A DNA stretch of 64,000 nt, taken from the NCBI GenBank assembly GCA_965644295.1, contig CBFFRP010000216.1, positions 97,782-161,781 of the forward strand. Reading direction: 5' to 3'. The translations under genes and the position numbers were made by a program. Positions 62,601 to 64,000 of the stretch are shown here, one piece after another (within the stretch, counting starts at the first letter, position 1; each line of letters starts with the position of its first letter). A model generated the notes under the pieces. It was not told where the DNA came from, did no database searches, and saw only the letters and a program-made list of their open reading frames with translations. Origin of the DNA: Paraphysomonas bandaiensis (taxonomy: Eukaryota; Protista; Chrysophyceae).

Positions 62601-64000
62601 AAGACATCAGACTCAAGAACTCAAAACTCTTCTCCCAATCAAATACCAATCAATTCCGTCTGAATATATACTAAGATAGTACACTGGTCTTATATCAGTA
62701 ACCATAGGTTAGTATCAATTTTCCTCGAATATCACTAGAACATTGAAGATATTGCCATTCCATTGAAAACATTTCATTTGAAACCATTCCATCTATTTGA
62801 ATTAGATGATACTTTGGTCAAACAATAAGCAGAATCTCAATAAGGCTTCTCAAATATTGAATCTCAGGGATGCTCGATAGAATTTCTCAGATTAACCAAA
62901 AATTAGAAAACTAATCTCACCAACCTCATCAACGCAAATCAATGAACCTCATACAAGATATGCAGTTGAATACCCCAAAGCAGAAATATATCCACTATAT
63001 AGCAAAATCTTGATAGCTTCACTATAAATACTGAATAACATCCTTTCTAGATTCAAACTTCCATTCGAACCAAATTTGAACTTCAAAACCAACAACAGTA
63101 GGTAATCAAACTTATTCATTGAACTTCATCCCTTTCAAAGTTCTAAGGACTATGAAACCATCTTACAACTTTCAACAACACAACTTCAAAGAAAACTTTG
63201 ATGTTCTCAAACTGTTCACTCACTCGCAGACATTAATTATTGAAATACCTCAGCATAACAATCGCAACTTTTCGTAAACAAGTTGATATGTTTAACCCTT
63301 CACTCTCACTGCAACTTGTTAACTTGCTAGCCTTTGGTAGTATAAATCAACTTCATTTCGTTTAGGCAATAGATTGAACAACGGCTGAATAATATCTTGA
63401 ATAAGATATTGGTTAATTTGCCCAACTCAAGATTGAACTCACAACACACTTCAACACCATTATTTTCGAGAATAACACATCATTATCAAGTGTATAACAA
63501 TATGATATAAATAAATAAAACATGATGAATATTGCATTATAATAAATTGTCTTGAAATAAAACATGCTCGCTGGAATTGGAAATAGACTTATAGAAAGTA
63601 CAAAGGCGGACCTGGCCCATGTTCCTCAATTGGCACCAGCTTTTGCATCAAGAGTTGCAATTTCTTGTCCTTCACAAGCAACTGACAAACAGCACATGCT
63701 GCATACTGCTTCGACAAGAAAACCAAACAATCTCTCATAAGTTTTCCCGTAACAGAATGATACCTTAACAGCATCAAAGAATTCAACACTGCATTAGATA
63801 CTGAAAAAGGTACGACTGACATGCGCTCGAATACATCGGTAGCATCATCGGCAGTAGTCTCTTTTCCAAAGAAAATTGGAACATCATTCTCAGCATCAAT
63901 AACATCATCTTGAATAACTACTTGGAAATCAACAACCGAATCAAACGTCTCAAGTGAATTATTAGACTGCACACCATACTGCACAACTGAATCAACTAAA
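59636..64000 (-). mobile_element. Antisense LTR retrotransposon (family D) nested in copia B: 3' LTR 59636-60100, PPT 60101-60117, long 3' internal region running off the window
   Basis: The minus strand reads GGGGGGAAAGAGGGTAG|TGTAACGCAG...CAACTACA (canonical TG..CA). Its edge coincides exactly with the break in the copia integrase frame. Confidence 0.8.
63589..64000 (-). CDS. Unknown extra ORF inside LTR element D (open off the window edge)
   Basis: Open frame of at least 131 aa with T-ending codon bias and a CAVC motif; no recognisable integrase, chromodomain or RT motif. Confidence 0.5.
   Translation of the reverse strand, partial: LVDSVVQYGVQSNNSLETFDSVVDFQVVIQDDVIDAENDVPIFFGKETTADDATDVFERMSVVPFSVSNAVLNSLMLLRYHSVTGKLMRDCLVFLSKQYAACAVCQLLVKDKKLQLLMQKLVPIEEHGPGPPLYFL

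Noticed and set aside
60120-63500. Organellar insertion (NUMT/NUPT), or the small plus-strand ORFs at 61744-62679
   Set aside because: No organellar gene motifs. The ORFs are short by-products of the A/C-rich skew, and the region is bounded by a PPT and LTR.

Overview
Gene-dense, AT-rich eukaryotic nuclear DNA with short GT-AG introns (about 45-80 bp). The gene content and intron style suggest a stramenopile/ochrophyte-type protist (inference). Both ends are LTR retrotransposons. The left end is the RT-RNaseH, PPT and 3' LTR of a Ty1/copia element (1-2544). The right end is the 5' LTR, PBS, gag, protease and start of integrase of a second copia (57620-59635). That element is interrupted by an antisense LTR element (3' LTR 59636-60100, PPT, then about 3.9 kb of strand-skewed cargo). 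Between them lie 20 host genes and one pseudogene, mostly in head-to-head pairs: SPY/OGT-like GT41, MRD1/RBM19, C2-FYVE, pseudo-Fic-RING, a TENT/Cid1-like nucleotidyltransferase with a 63-bp coding repeat, GPC1, an RLPH phosphatase-BtpA fusion, a double-PHD protein, RPS23, OSCA-WW, MOB1, DNAJC3, a small Tim, UXS1, a lipase, FKBP and RBX1. Solo LTRs (one nested inside another) and CAGGG-ended hAT elements with intact target-site duplications sit almost entirely downstream of 3' ends. The best novelty candidates are the RLPH-BtpA fusion, the pseudo-Fic/RING/zinc-finger gene paired with the repeat-tailed nucleotidyltransferase, and the copia families with non-TG..CA ends and a gag ATG fixed 17 nt inside the LTR. 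All protein calls come from motif recognition by eye; no database searches were run.
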